DNA of 50,455 nucleotides, from contig SLRC01000159.1 of assembly GCA_007131175.1 (NCBI GenBank), positions 1 to 50,455 on the forward strand, read 5' to 3'. Position numbers and translations under genes: made by a program. Below, piece after piece: positions 29,412 to 38,020 of the stretch. The stretch is from Syntrophomonadaceae bacterium. GTDB lineage: Bacteria > Bacillota > Dethiobacteria > DTU022 > UBA8154. The notes beneath the pieces are model-generated. The model had not been told where the DNA came from and ran no database searches. It saw only the letters and a program-made list of their open reading frames with translations. Each line of letters starts with the position of its first letter. The stretch's first letter is position 1.

Positions 29412-30278
29412 ATGCTTTCTTCGCAAAAGGGTTCAGCGCTTATAATGGTTATGCTTGTGGCTGCAGTCCTCCTGCTGCTGTGTACATCATTAATTGACCT
29501 CAATAACGTGGATATGCAAATCTCCCTTAATCAGCGGGACAGTCTGCAAGCTTATTATCTTGCAGAAACGGGTATGGAAAGCGCCCTTTATGTACTGAAG
29601 AAATATGACCCATATTACACGGGTATTAGCACAACAGGATTTCCGGAAGGGAACGTTACCGTAAGTGTAAGTGCACAGGAAGAAGGGTATTGTGGGCGCA
29701 GTATTACTATAATATCCACTGGGAAAGTAGGCCGGGTACGGGAGCAAATAAGTCTTCAATTCCAATCTTACCCTTCATGTAAGGGCGCAACAGGAGGGTC
29801 TGCCCTGGGTTGGTATGACGAAACAGGGGGAATTATCGTACCGGGGAAGCATTTGAGTGGAGAAGAGGCCATAACGCTCGGTTTACCAGGGAGGAACTTT
29901 CCCATAGTTCTCGAAAAGAGTGAAGAGGAGAGTCATGCCCATTTTTCAGCGGCAAAACTCTATTTTATCAGTAAACCAACCAGCCTGGTTGTGGAAGAAA
30001 CCCTGGAACTAAGTACCGCTAAAGCAGTATTCCTGGGAAGGGTAATTTTGTGCCCCCAGGGCGGTAACCTGCACTTTATGCATCCCACAAACGGACCGGT
30101 GCATGTTTATTTTCGTGATTCCATAGTTACTATGGAACAACGTGTGGTGCTTGAAGCGGGAGTTTATCATTTTCCCCATGGCTACAATATTGGAGGAACT
30201 GCAAATCCGTCAGAACTGGGATATTTCCGGGTGCTACCTGCAGTTCCGGGAACGATGATGCGATGGGGCAGGGAGTGA
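29412..30278 (+). CDS. PilX/ComGG-like pilus-associated protein (288 aa)
   Basis: ATG 29412 after a GGGGAG RBS. N-terminus MLSSQKGSALIMVMLVAAVLLLL resembles the non-cleaved PilX-type N-terminus. Confidence 0.65.
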   Translation: MLSSQKGSALIMVMLVAAVLLLLCTSLIDLNNVDMQISLNQRDSLQAYYLAETGMESALYVLKKYDPYYTGISTTGFPEGNVTVSVSAQEEGYCGRSITIISTGKVGRVREQISLQFQSYPSCKGATGGSALGWYDETGGIIVPGKHLSGEEAITLGLPGRNFPIVLEKSEEESHAHFSAAKLYFISKPTSLVVEETLELSTAKAVFLGRVILCPQGGNLHFMHPTNGPVHVYFRDSIVTMEQRVVLEAGVYHFPHGYNIGGTANPSELGYFRVLPAVPGTMMRWGRE

Positions 30279-30285
30279 AAATACG

Positions 30286-30777
30286 CTGTTAAAACCGATT
30301 TGCGGATTAATAAAGCAAAAGCCCATACATTGCTTTGCCGGATATACTTTAATCGAGCTGCTTGCAGTCTTAGCCCTTATGGGAGTGCTGAGCGCACTTG
30401 CTATTCCCCGTATCACACTTCAAGCCAATTGGCAACTGGAAGTTATTTCACGCCGTATGGCTGCCGACTTGCGTTTGGTACGCCAGTCAGCTATTTTCTA
30501 CGGAGAACCTTGCCGAATAGATTTTTATATTCATATGAACCGATATACCTTGAAATTGCCTGATGAAACCCAACAGGTCGATCTCCCTGAGGGAGTCTCC
30601 TTTGACGGTAACACAACATTTCCTGGAAAGCCACCTACTATTCAGTTTAACAGTTTGGGTCGGCCTAGCAGCGGGGGTACAGTTATCCTGAAAGCCGGAA
30701 AAACTTATCGTTATATTATTGTCACACCTGTTACGGGAAGGGTAAGAATTTCCCGAATCCCGCCACAGCACTGGTAA
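30286..30777 (+). CDS. GspH/FimT-like minor pilin; start codon unresolved
   Basis: The frame is open from 30259 and encodes ...FAG|YTLIELLAVLALMGVLSALAIP upstream of the first ATG (30379). No ATG, GTG or TTG occurs in frame before the signal peptide. Candidates are CTG 30286, ATT 30298 and ATA 30310. Confidence 0.6.
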   Translation: MLKPICGLIKQKPIHCFAGYTLIELLAVLALMGVLSALAIPRITLQANWQLEVISRRMAADLRLVRQSAIFYGEPCRIDFYIHMNRYTLKLPDETQQVDLPEGVSFDGNTTFPGKPPTIQFNSLGRPSSGGTVILKAGKTYRYIIVTPVTGRVRISRIPPQHW

Positions 30778-31020
30778 GTTTGACTAATTGTCACGTTTCT
30801 TCTATAAATTCACTTTTTTTCTTTTTTTTTGGGCAGGAATTTTACTTTAAAAAGTGGAATTAAGAAAAAAACGCGGGGAAAAGTAAATGCAGGACGTGAA
30901 ACAGCACAAAATAGTGTAAATTTGAAGCAGAAACGAAAATGCTCCCTGCCCTACCCCATGTTTCTGCCAGCATGGATGTGCTTATCTTATTAACCCATTA
31001 CCTAATTTGCCTGGGGGTGC

Positions 31021-32109
31021 GTGCCTGTTTTTAAAGATAGGGTGGAAAAAATACGTTGTAAAATGGAGCACAGGGGCATTTCAGCTTTTTTGATAAGTCA
31101 TCCCCCCAACATACTTTATGGAAGCGGGTTTACAGGCAGCAGTGCCTGGCTGCTCCTTACGATGAACCGGGTCATTCTTTATACTGACTTTCGCTATATC
31201 CAGCAGGCAACAGAAGAAGCACCATTCTGCGAAATTACAAAACTGGATAGTTCTGTAACACCTTCGCTGTTTCTTAAAATATGGGAGGTGTTAATGGAAG
31301 AAACCGTATCCGCTATTGGTGTTGAGGAAGCCAGGTTGACACTAAAGGAGTACAATCAGCTAAAAGATGTTGCAAACGGGCTGGAGATAATCCCTTGCAG
31401 CGGTTTGCTGGAAGGGATCCGTTCAGTTAAAGAAGAAATGGAGATCGATAATATTACCAAAGCCGCTCGCATTGCAGACAGCGTTCTTAAAGATACACTG
31501 CCGTTGTTAAAACCGGGTATGAGTGAACGGGAATTTGCCGGGGAATTGGAGTACCGTATACGTCTTGCCGGTGCGGAAGGAATGGCTTTTCCCACAATTG
31601 TTGCTTCAGGACCCCGTTCCGCCCTGCCTCACGGGATAGCCACCAATCGGAACCTGGTTGAAGGCGAATTAATTGTTTTGGATTTTGGGGTAGTTTGGCA
31701 AGGCTACTGCTCCGATATGACACGAACTTATATTTTGGGAGAACCGACAGCGCAGCAGGAGCGGATTCACAAGATTGTATGCAACGCCAGGTCGATTGCT
31801 TTGCAAACAATAAAAGTGGGTGACCGGACAGCAGCAATTGATGCTGTGGTTCGTCAATACTTACAGGACGAAGGTTACGGTGACGCTTATGGTCATGGGT
31901 TGGGACATGGAGTAGGCCTGGAGGTTCATGAGCGCCCGACCCTTTCCCCCCGTGGTGAAGATGTATTACAGGAAAACATGGTATTCAGTGTGGAGCCTGG
32001 TATTTATCTGGAGGGGCAGGAAGGCGTAAGGGTGGAGGACCTGGTGGTGTTGCGCTCAGATGGACCACAGGTAATTACTGGTAGCAGGCGGGAGCTAAAT
32101 ATGATATAA
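31021..32109 (+). CDS. pepP: Xaa-Pro aminopeptidase / M24 family peptidase (YqhT-like)
   Basis: Creatinase-like N-domain. M24 metal ligands are present (LDFG..YCSDMTRT, HGLGHGVGLEVHE, VEPGIY, VEDLV). Conserved position upstream of efp. Confidence 0.9.
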   Translation: MPVFKDRVEKIRCKMEHRGISAFLISHPPNILYGSGFTGSSAWLLLTMNRVILYTDFRYIQQATEEAPFCEITKLDSSVTPSLFLKIWEVLMEETVSAIGVEEARLTLKEYNQLKDVANGLEIIPCSGLLEGIRSVKEEMEIDNITKAARIADSVLKDTLPLLKPGMSEREFAGELEYRIRLAGAEGMAFPTIVASGPRSALPHGIATNRNLVEGELIVLDFGVVWQGYCSDMTRTYILGEPTAQQERIHKIVCNARSIALQTIKVGDRTAAIDAVVRQYLQDEGYGDAYGHGLGHGVGLEVHERPTLSPRGEDVLQENMVFSVEPGIYLEGQEGVRVEDLVVLRSDGPQVITGSRRELNMI

Positions 32110-32203
32110 TTGACAAAGTCTGAAAGGGGAACGGGAGAAATTTTAAACTGCAAAGACAAATGTTAAAGGCAATTTAATTATGGTCGGAGGGGTGATTGGA
32201 TGG

Positions 32204-32761
32204 ATGATTTCTACAAATGATTTTCACACGGGCTTAACAATCGAACTTGATGGAGAAGTGTACACCATAATTGATTTTCAACACGTTAAACCGGGGAAAG
32301 GTGCTGCTTTTGTCCGCTCTCGTTTAAAAAACGTGCGCTCCGGTTCCACAACTGAGAAAACCTTTCGGGCAGGAGAAAAAATATCCCGTGCTATGATTGA
32401 AAGGAAAGAGATGGAATACCTTTACAATAACGGGGAAGAATATATTTTAATGGACACGGAAAGCTACGAACAAGTTTCTCTTAGCGCGGAGCAGCTTGGT
32501 GAAAACATTCGCTACATGAAAGAAAACATGCGTTTGACCATGATGGTTTATAAAGAAGAAAGCATAGGTATAGAGTTGCCTCACTCTGTGGAATTAACCG
32601 TTGTGGAGACAGATCCGGGTTATAAAGGGGATACTGCTGCCGGGGGAAGCAAACCGGCTAAGCTGGAGACAGGGCTGGTAGTTCAGGTTCCTTTTTTTAT
32701 TAATGAAGGAGATGTCCTTCGTATTGATACACGTAGTGGCTCTTACCTGGAACGGGCTTGA
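32204..32761 (+). CDS. efp: translation elongation factor P
   Basis: [20 protein letters not shown]...[17 protein letters not shown] with the conserved KPGKG loop. 185 aa from ATG 32204. Confidence 0.97.
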   Translation: MISTNDFHTGLTIELDGEVYTIIDFQHVKPGKGAAFVRSRLKNVRSGSTTEKTFRAGEKISRAMIERKEMEYLYNNGEEYILMDTESYEQVSLSAEQLGENIRYMKENMRLTMMVYKEESIGIELPHSVELTVVETDPGYKGDTAAGGSKPAKLETGLVVQVPFFINEGDVLRIDTRSGSYLERA

Positions 32762-32930
32762 TTTTAGGGTATACCCCCATGCCAGTCCCGCAGCACCGGC
32801 TCCAGCAGAGCTTTAAAAATGGATGCAAAGGTTGCCTGCAAATTTAGAGTAAGACCTTTACACCGGTGCCACAAGTTATTGAAGACAGTTTGGTAATTAT
32901 CTACAGTTAATAACAAAGGAGGTTTATCAC

Positions 32931-33434
32931 GTGGAAGATCTGCGTGGCAGGTTGGGTTATTTAAGAGGCCTGGCAGATGGGCTGGGAGTCGGCGAAACGA
33001 CAGGTGAAGGCAAAGTTATTCAGCATATTATAACTGTTCTTGATGAGATGGCTGACTCCCTGGAGGAACTGCAGGAAGATTACGAGGAACTATTTTCTTA
33101 CATGGAAGCCATCGATGAGGATTTGACTGAACTGGAAGACGATATCATGGAAAAAGATGATGAGGATGATCTTGGTTTTGACGATGATGATGACTATTAT
33201 GATGACGGCGACGATCTTGATGAAGAGGATATTTGTTTTACTGTAGAATGCCCTGAATGCCGTCATGAGGTAGTTATTGACGAGGATATCCTGGAAGACG
33301 AGGAATCGCTGGAAGTGCTCTGTCCCAAATGCGGGAGGGTCGTATTCATTAACGACGAGGAATGGGACGATGAATTGGATAATGATCTGGTTGACGTTGA
33401 TGCTGACGAAGACGATAACGCAGACAAAAAGTAA
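32931..33434 (+). CDS. hyper-acidic zinc-ribbon protein (resembles the clostridial 'CD1247 N-terminal domain' family)
   Basis: AAAGGAGG RBS before GTG 32931. The N-terminal LGYLRGLADGL...VLDEMADSLEEL helix is followed by long D/E tracts flanking CPEC...CPKC. Confidence 0.7.
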   Translation: MEDLRGRLGYLRGLADGLGVGETTGEGKVIQHIITVLDEMADSLEELQEDYEELFSYMEAIDEDLTELEDDIMEKDDEDDLGFDDDDDYYDDGDDLDEEDICFTVECPECRHEVVIDEDILEDEESLEVLCPKCGRVVFINDEEWDDELDNDLVDVDADEDDNADKK

Positions 33435-33482
33435 AGTAACACCATGTAATCACACACTTCAAAAGGGATTCATAAAATTCCC

Positions 33483-33518
33483 AAAAATCCCCGGCTAAAA
33501 ACAGCCGGGGATTTTTTA
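33483..33518 (+). terminator. intrinsic terminator
   Basis: ATCCCCGGCT (33487-33496), 6-nt loop, AGCCGGGGAT (33503-33512), then T6. Confidence 0.88.
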
Positions 33519-33537
33519 TGTTAACGGCGTTCTATTC

Positions 33538-33567
33538 GTCATAAATATGAAATCATTGCCATAGTTA
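33538..33567 (+). promoter_or_regulatory. possible SigE-type promoter of the spoIIIA operon
   Basis: GTCATAAA (33538-33545), 14 nt, CATAGTTA (33560-33567). Resembles the kmATATT / CATACA-T mother-cell pattern. Confidence 0.3.
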
Positions 33568-33642
33568 TTTCTAAGAGCAGGGATGGGCCAAGGCGTAACC
33601 AAATATGTATCTCTGTCACTTTTGAGGTGGGTGGTGCTTAAA

Positions 33643-34635
33643 TTGTTTAATCGTCATCACAGTATAATAAGAGATATTGGCCTTTTTCTGCCACCACGTA
33701 TCCGCTGCCTGGTCCAAAAACTGCCCGCTGAATTTTTGGAAAAGACACAGGAACTTCGCCTGCGCCATTCCAGGCCTTTGATGCTGCATTGGAGCGACGG
33801 TGAAGCCTGTCTCGGACACTGCGGTGTTGTGGAAAAAGCAAAAGATGCATATATCATCAGGGGGGAAGACCTGGAAAAAACGCTGGAGTTAATTAGCAAT
33901 CATTCCCTCTATGCTTTTGAGGAAGAGTTAAGACAGGGATATATTACGCTGCCCGGAGGGCACCGGGTGGGACTTGCCGGCAAAACGGTTGTGGAGAAGG
34001 GAACCATTAAAATTATATCCAATATAAGCGGGTTAAACATTCGTTTCGCAAGGCAGGTTAAAGGGACGGGTGAACGGGTACTGCCTTTTCTCGTGGACCG
34101 CCTAAGTGGACGTTTGTATCACACACTTATTATATCGCCTCCTCAGGGTGGAAAAACGACTATGCTAAGGGATCTGGCCCGTCTAATCAGTGATGGTTCC
34201 GGTATTCTGGTGCAAGGAAAGAAAGTGGGAATTGTGGACGAGCGTTCGGAAATAGCCGGCTCCTTTAGGGGAGTGCCGCAGCTAGAAGTGGGGATGCGTT
34301 CGGATGTACTTGATGCCTGCCCCAAGGCTGAGGGTATTATGTTAATGTTGCGCTCCCTTTCCCCGCAGGTTATTGTCACTGATGAACTGGGGCGTGAAGC
34401 TGATGTGGAGGCTGTTACGGAAGCAATGCACTGTGGGGTAACGGTAATTAGTTCGGTGCATGGTTCCAATTTAGAAGAACTTTGCCGTCGCCCCGTACTA
34501 GAAAAACTTTTAAAAAACAGTTATTTTGAACGACTTGTGTTTCTCAGCAGTGCACGGGGCCCGGGAACACTTGAAAGCATTGTGGAGGGGGAACGGGGAT
34601 TGCCCCTTTTTTCGTCGCACAGCAAAGGGGAGTAA
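33643..34635 (+). CDS. spoIIIAA: stage III sporulation protein AA (ATPase)
   Basis: GYITLPGGHRVGLAG, Walker A SPPQGGKTTMLRDLAR, IVDERSEIAG, DVLDACPKAEG, VTDELG. Start uncertain (TTG 33643 after GAGGTGG; the ORF is open from 33583). Confidence 0.93.
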   Translation: MFNRHHSIIRDIGLFLPPRIRCLVQKLPAEFLEKTQELRLRHSRPLMLHWSDGEACLGHCGVVEKAKDAYIIRGEDLEKTLELISNHSLYAFEEELRQGYITLPGGHRVGLAGKTVVEKGTIKIISNISGLNIRFARQVKGTGERVLPFLVDRLSGRLYHTLIISPPQGGKTTMLRDLARLISDGSGILVQGKKVGIVDERSEIAGSFRGVPQLEVGMRSDVLDACPKAEGIMLMLRSLSPQVIVTDELGREADVEAVTEAMHCGVTVISSVHGSNLEELCRRPVLEKLLKNSYFERLVFLSSARGPGTLESIVEGERGLPLFSSHSKGE

Positions 34636-34641
34636 AATTAA

Positions 34642-35163
34642 TTGATTGTTAAATTAATGGGGGCAATCTTGATTGTTTTTACTGCATACTGCTATGGTTG
34701 TTCCATATCCTCTGTGTATAAAAATCGCGTAAAACGTCTGGAAGAGCTGCTCTTGTCTCTGGAAATATTCAAAGCGGAAATAAATTACGGCCTTTCCATG
34801 CTTCCGGAAGTTTTTCTTTCAATAGGTAAAAAACTGCACAGCCCTATTGGAAGCCTCTTTAGAAAAAGCGAAATATATATGAATAAACAAGAGGGATTCA
34901 GCGCGGCAGATTGCTGGCTTAAATCCCTGACGGAGATGCGTAAGGAACTGGAGTTGGATGAAGAACAGTTTACATTGCTTAAAAAAATGGGGCTAATCTG
35001 GGGCAAAGGGGATAAGGGTGATCAGCTCAGGCAGGTGGCACTTATGCAGGAGTTATTAAGACAGGCCCTGAAGGAAGCACGGGAAGAAAGGGAAAAAAAC
35101 GAAAAAATGTGGCGTTACCTGGGATTGCTGGGGGGTTGTACCATCGTAATACTGTTACTGTAA
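34642..35163 (+). CDS. spoIIIAB: stage III sporulation protein AB
   Basis: Position in the operon, N-terminal TM segment, size (173 aa), C-terminal TM segment. Confidence 0.85.
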   Translation: MIVKLMGAILIVFTAYCYGCSISSVYKNRVKRLEELLLSLEIFKAEINYGLSMLPEVFLSIGKKLHSPIGSLFRKSEIYMNKQEGFSAADCWLKSLTEMRKELELDEEQFTLLKKMGLIWGKGDKGDQLRQVALMQELLRQALKEAREEREKNEKMWRYLGLLGGCTIVILLL

Positions 35164-35255
35164 CGGTAATAGAACATATAAGCAGGGGCAGAGCAGTGTT
35201 GCTCAGGGGTATTTGATTACTAGCGCTCCACATCTGCCCAGAAGGGGGTTTGCAT

Positions 35256-35462
35256 ATGGAAAACCTCAGGATAGATCTTTTATTTCAAATTGCCGGCATC
35301 GGCATCTTTATTTCCGTGCTTAACATTGTTCTTAAACAGGCAGGTAAGGAAGAGCAGGCTCAAATGCTCACGCTTGTGGGGGTTGTTATTGTCCTGCTGC
35401 TGGTCTTACAATTGCTTGCAGACCTGTTTAACAGCATCAGGGTTATTTTTAATCTATATTAG
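35256..35462 (+). CDS. spoIIIAC: stage III sporulation protein AC
   Basis: 68-aa two-TM protein with LFQIAGIGIFISVLNIVLKQAGKEE. ATG 35256 after GAAGGGGG. Confidence 0.9.
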   Translation: MENLRIDLLFQIAGIGIFISVLNIVLKQAGKEEQAQMLTLVGVVIVLLLVLQLLADLFNSIRVIFNLY

Positions 35463-35501
35463 ATTTGTGCTAACTACTACGGCTTACCGGATGTGTAAAA
35501 A

Positions 35502-35888
35502 ATGGAAATAACACAGGTTGTTGGTTTTGGAGTTATGGCTACAATCTTTATCCTATTTATTCGTCAAAGCCGCCCGGAGATTGCGCAGCTTCTTTCCATT
35601 GCTGTAGGTATTGCTCTGATCTTTTACCTTCTTGGTTACCTTAAATTAATTGTGGATATGGTTACTGAATTGGCCCTGGAAGCGGAGGTAAATGCCGTGT
35701 TCCTGCGAACGCTTCTACGGGTCATCGGTGTTGCCTACCTGGCAGAGTTTGGCGCCCAAATATGCCGCGATGCAGGAGAGGGTAATATAGCCCTTAAAAT
35801 AGAATTTGCAGGAAAGTTAATCATCCTGGTAATGACTGTACCTGTTTTAATGTCGGTTCTTGAAAGTATTGTGAATATTATACCCTGA
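35502..35888 (+). CDS. spoIIIAD: stage III sporulation protein AD
   Basis: 128-aa polytopic protein. Position in the operon and the AYLAEFGAQICRDAGEG motif. Confidence 0.9.
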   Translation: MEITQVVGFGVMATIFILFIRQSRPEIAQLLSIAVGIALIFYLLGYLKLIVDMVTELALEAEVNAVFLRTLLRVIGVAYLAEFGAQICRDAGEGNIALKIEFAGKLIILVMTVPVLMSVLESIVNIIP

Positions 35889-35915
35889 GTGTTATGGAAG
35901 TCCGGGAGGTAAATA

Positions 35916-37160
35916 GTGGATAAGAAAAGAAAGAGGGGAACGGTTCATGTTGTCCTAAACATATTTTTATTTGTGCTGCCACTTACCTTCGTTTTCATTA
36001 CCCCTTCCAGTGGGACAAGAGTTCTTGCAGTTTATCCCGAAGTTGACTTGCCGGACAAAGTTGCGCCCACAATGGCTGAAGAAAAAGGCGATCCATATGA
36101 GGTAGAGGGATGGAGGGATGTGGAGGATTACTGGCACGAACTGGAACAGGAGCTGGGTGATTATCTGCCTTCCTGGAGCATTCAGGATCTCTATCGTCAC
36201 GAAGGGGAAAGGTTTATCCCCGGTCTGGGAGAGCTATTTACGGGACTGGTTCGGTTTTTTCTAAGGGAATTGTTGGCAAATATTAAGCTCATGGGCCAAC
36301 TACTTCTGCTGGCTGTGGCTGCAGCGTTATTAAAGAGCCTGCAGGGAGCATTTGGAAGTCATGAGGTGGCCCGCTTAACAGAGGCTGTAGTATTTTTTGT
36401 TTTACTGGGTATTGCCCTTGGCAGCTTTTCACTTGCCCTGGATATTGGCAGGGAAGCCATTGAAAGCATGGTTAACTTTATGTTCGCCCTACTGCCCGTA
36501 CTCCTAACATTGATGGCATCCCTTGGCCATATTACCTCTGCTGCCCTATTTCATCCACTAATTATAGTTTCTGTTAACGTGATGGCTTCACTGGTACGCA
36601 ATGTGTTCTTCCCGTTAATTTTATTTGCCACGATCCTGTACTTGCTCAACCATTTTTCTCCCGATTTTAAGATTAACCGACTGGCATCCTTTTTAAAAGA
36701 TGTCAGTATCTGGGGAATTGGCCTTATGCTAACCATATTTGTTGGAATTACGGGAGTACAGGGGGTGGCAGGCAGCATTGGTGACGCTGTATCACTGCGC
36801 ACGGCAAAGTTTATGACCGGAGCTTTGATCCCTGTAGTGGGAAAAGCAATGTCCGATGCTGTGGAAACGGTTCTTGGATATTCGTTGTTGCTCAAAAATA
36901 GTGCTACCATAACCGGATTAATTATTCTGGCAATGATAATTGTTTTTCCCCTGATTAAACTGCTTGCCCTGATCATGATCTTTAAGTTTGCAGGAGCAAT
37001 AGTTCAGCCCCTTGGGGAAAACAATCTTGCAGATGCGCTTGATACAATGGGCAGTTGCCTGACCTTAATATTTGCAGCTGTAGCCACAGTAGCCCTGTCC
37101 TTCTTTATCGGTATCACCATAATCATTGGAGCGAGTAACATGGTGATGATGCTACGCTGA
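35916..37160 (+). CDS. spoIIIAE: stage III sporulation protein AE
   Basis: 414-aa polytopic membrane protein at the expected position. GGGAGG RBS before GTG 35916. Confidence 0.9.
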   Translation: MDKKRKRGTVHVVLNIFLFVLPLTFVFITPSSGTRVLAVYPEVDLPDKVAPTMAEEKGDPYEVEGWRDVEDYWHELEQELGDYLPSWSIQDLYRHEGERFIPGLGELFTGLVRFFLRELLANIKLMGQLLLLAVAAALLKSLQGAFGSHEVARLTEAVVFFVLLGIALGSFSLALDIGREAIESMVNFMFALLPVLLTLMASLGHITSAALFHPLIIVSVNVMASLVRNVFFPLILFATILYLLNHFSPDFKINRLASFLKDVSIWGIGLMLTIFVGITGVQGVAGSIGDAVSLRTAKFMTGALIPVVGKAMSDAVETVLGYSLLLKNSATITGLIILAMIIVFPLIKLLALIMIFKFAGAIVQPLGENNLADALDTMGSCLTLIFAAVATVALSFFIGITIIIGASNMVMMLR

Positions 37161-37363
37161 GACTAAGAGCAGACGTTCATATCGACCCAATAACAGCGGT
37201 TGATGAATAAAATGCACAACGTTGTGCCAAGTGTAGACAGATTATTTTCGAAAGTCCCATTATGCATCCCCATACGTCCCTGGCATATATAGGGAGCCGG
37301 TCAAGTGCTTCAAAAAAGGATCTACAGAAAAAAATCTTGGAGAGACGGGATGTTGGAGATATT

Positions 37364-38017
37364 ATGATTGAAGCAATGGGAAACTTAATAAAACACATCG
37401 TTATTCTCATATTTTTGTCTACATTCCTGGAAATGATTTTGCCCCATGGCCAGTTCCGCCGTTATTTACGCATACTTGTTGGAATTCTGCTGATCCTTAC
37501 CATACTCTCCCCTATTCAGAATATAATGCGCCTGGCCCCGGGGTGGGATGCCCCCGTATTTCTGGCTGCACCCACGGGGCAGGAAGAGCTTGCATTGATT
37601 TTGCACAGAGGTGAGCAATTGCGGGAAAAAGGTTACAAAGACGCTGTAGATAACTACCGTTATCACATATTTACAATAGTAAACAATCTTCTAAACCGGG
37701 AATTTTCAGCAGAACTTCTGGAGTTGCAAGTAACCCTTGATGAAGATCCTAAGAGCAGAGAGTTTGGAAGAATAAAAAAAATGGTGGTGGTGGCCCGGGA
37801 GAACAGGAGCGCTTCTGCACCTTTGCCAGATGGGCCGGTTGAAAAGATAGAAATTTATGTTAAACGAGGGGAAGAAGAAGCCATATTGGAAAAAGAAAAT
37901 ACACAAACAGATACGCATATTCATTCTGACAGGGAAAAAGAAATAAAGATGGGGAATTTTTTGGCCCGTTATTTTCTGCTTCACGAGGAGCAGGTGGATG
38001 TTCACTTTAATTCCTAA
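37364..38017 (+). CDS. spoIIIAF: stage III sporulation protein AF
   Basis: ATG 37364 after GGAGAT. N-terminal two-TM region HIVILIFLSTFLEMILP...YLRILVGILLILTIL, size and position. Confidence 0.85.
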   Translation: MIEAMGNLIKHIVILIFLSTFLEMILPHGQFRRYLRILVGILLILTILSPIQNIMRLAPGWDAPVFLAAPTGQEELALILHRGEQLREKGYKDAVDNYRYHIFTIVNNLLNREFSAELLELQVTLDEDPKSREFGRIKKMVVVARENRSASAPLPDGPVEKIEIYVKRGEEEAILEKENTQTDTHIHSDREKEIKMGNFLARYFLLHEEQVDVHFNS

Positions 38018-38020
38018 GAG

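Noticed and set aside
30300-30563. 87-aa + strand ORF (MRINKAKAHTLLC...) listed in the track
   Set aside because: It is out of frame with, and entirely inside, the GspH-like pilin gene, and its sequence has no pilin or other features beyond the first few residues. It is kept only as a possible frameshift donor of a start codon (see the finding).
37177-37410. 77-aa minus-strand ORF in the spoIIIAE-AF spacer
   Set aside because: It has no RBS and no motifs, lies opposite to a uniformly + oriented operon, and overlaps the spoIIIAF start. Most likely spurious.
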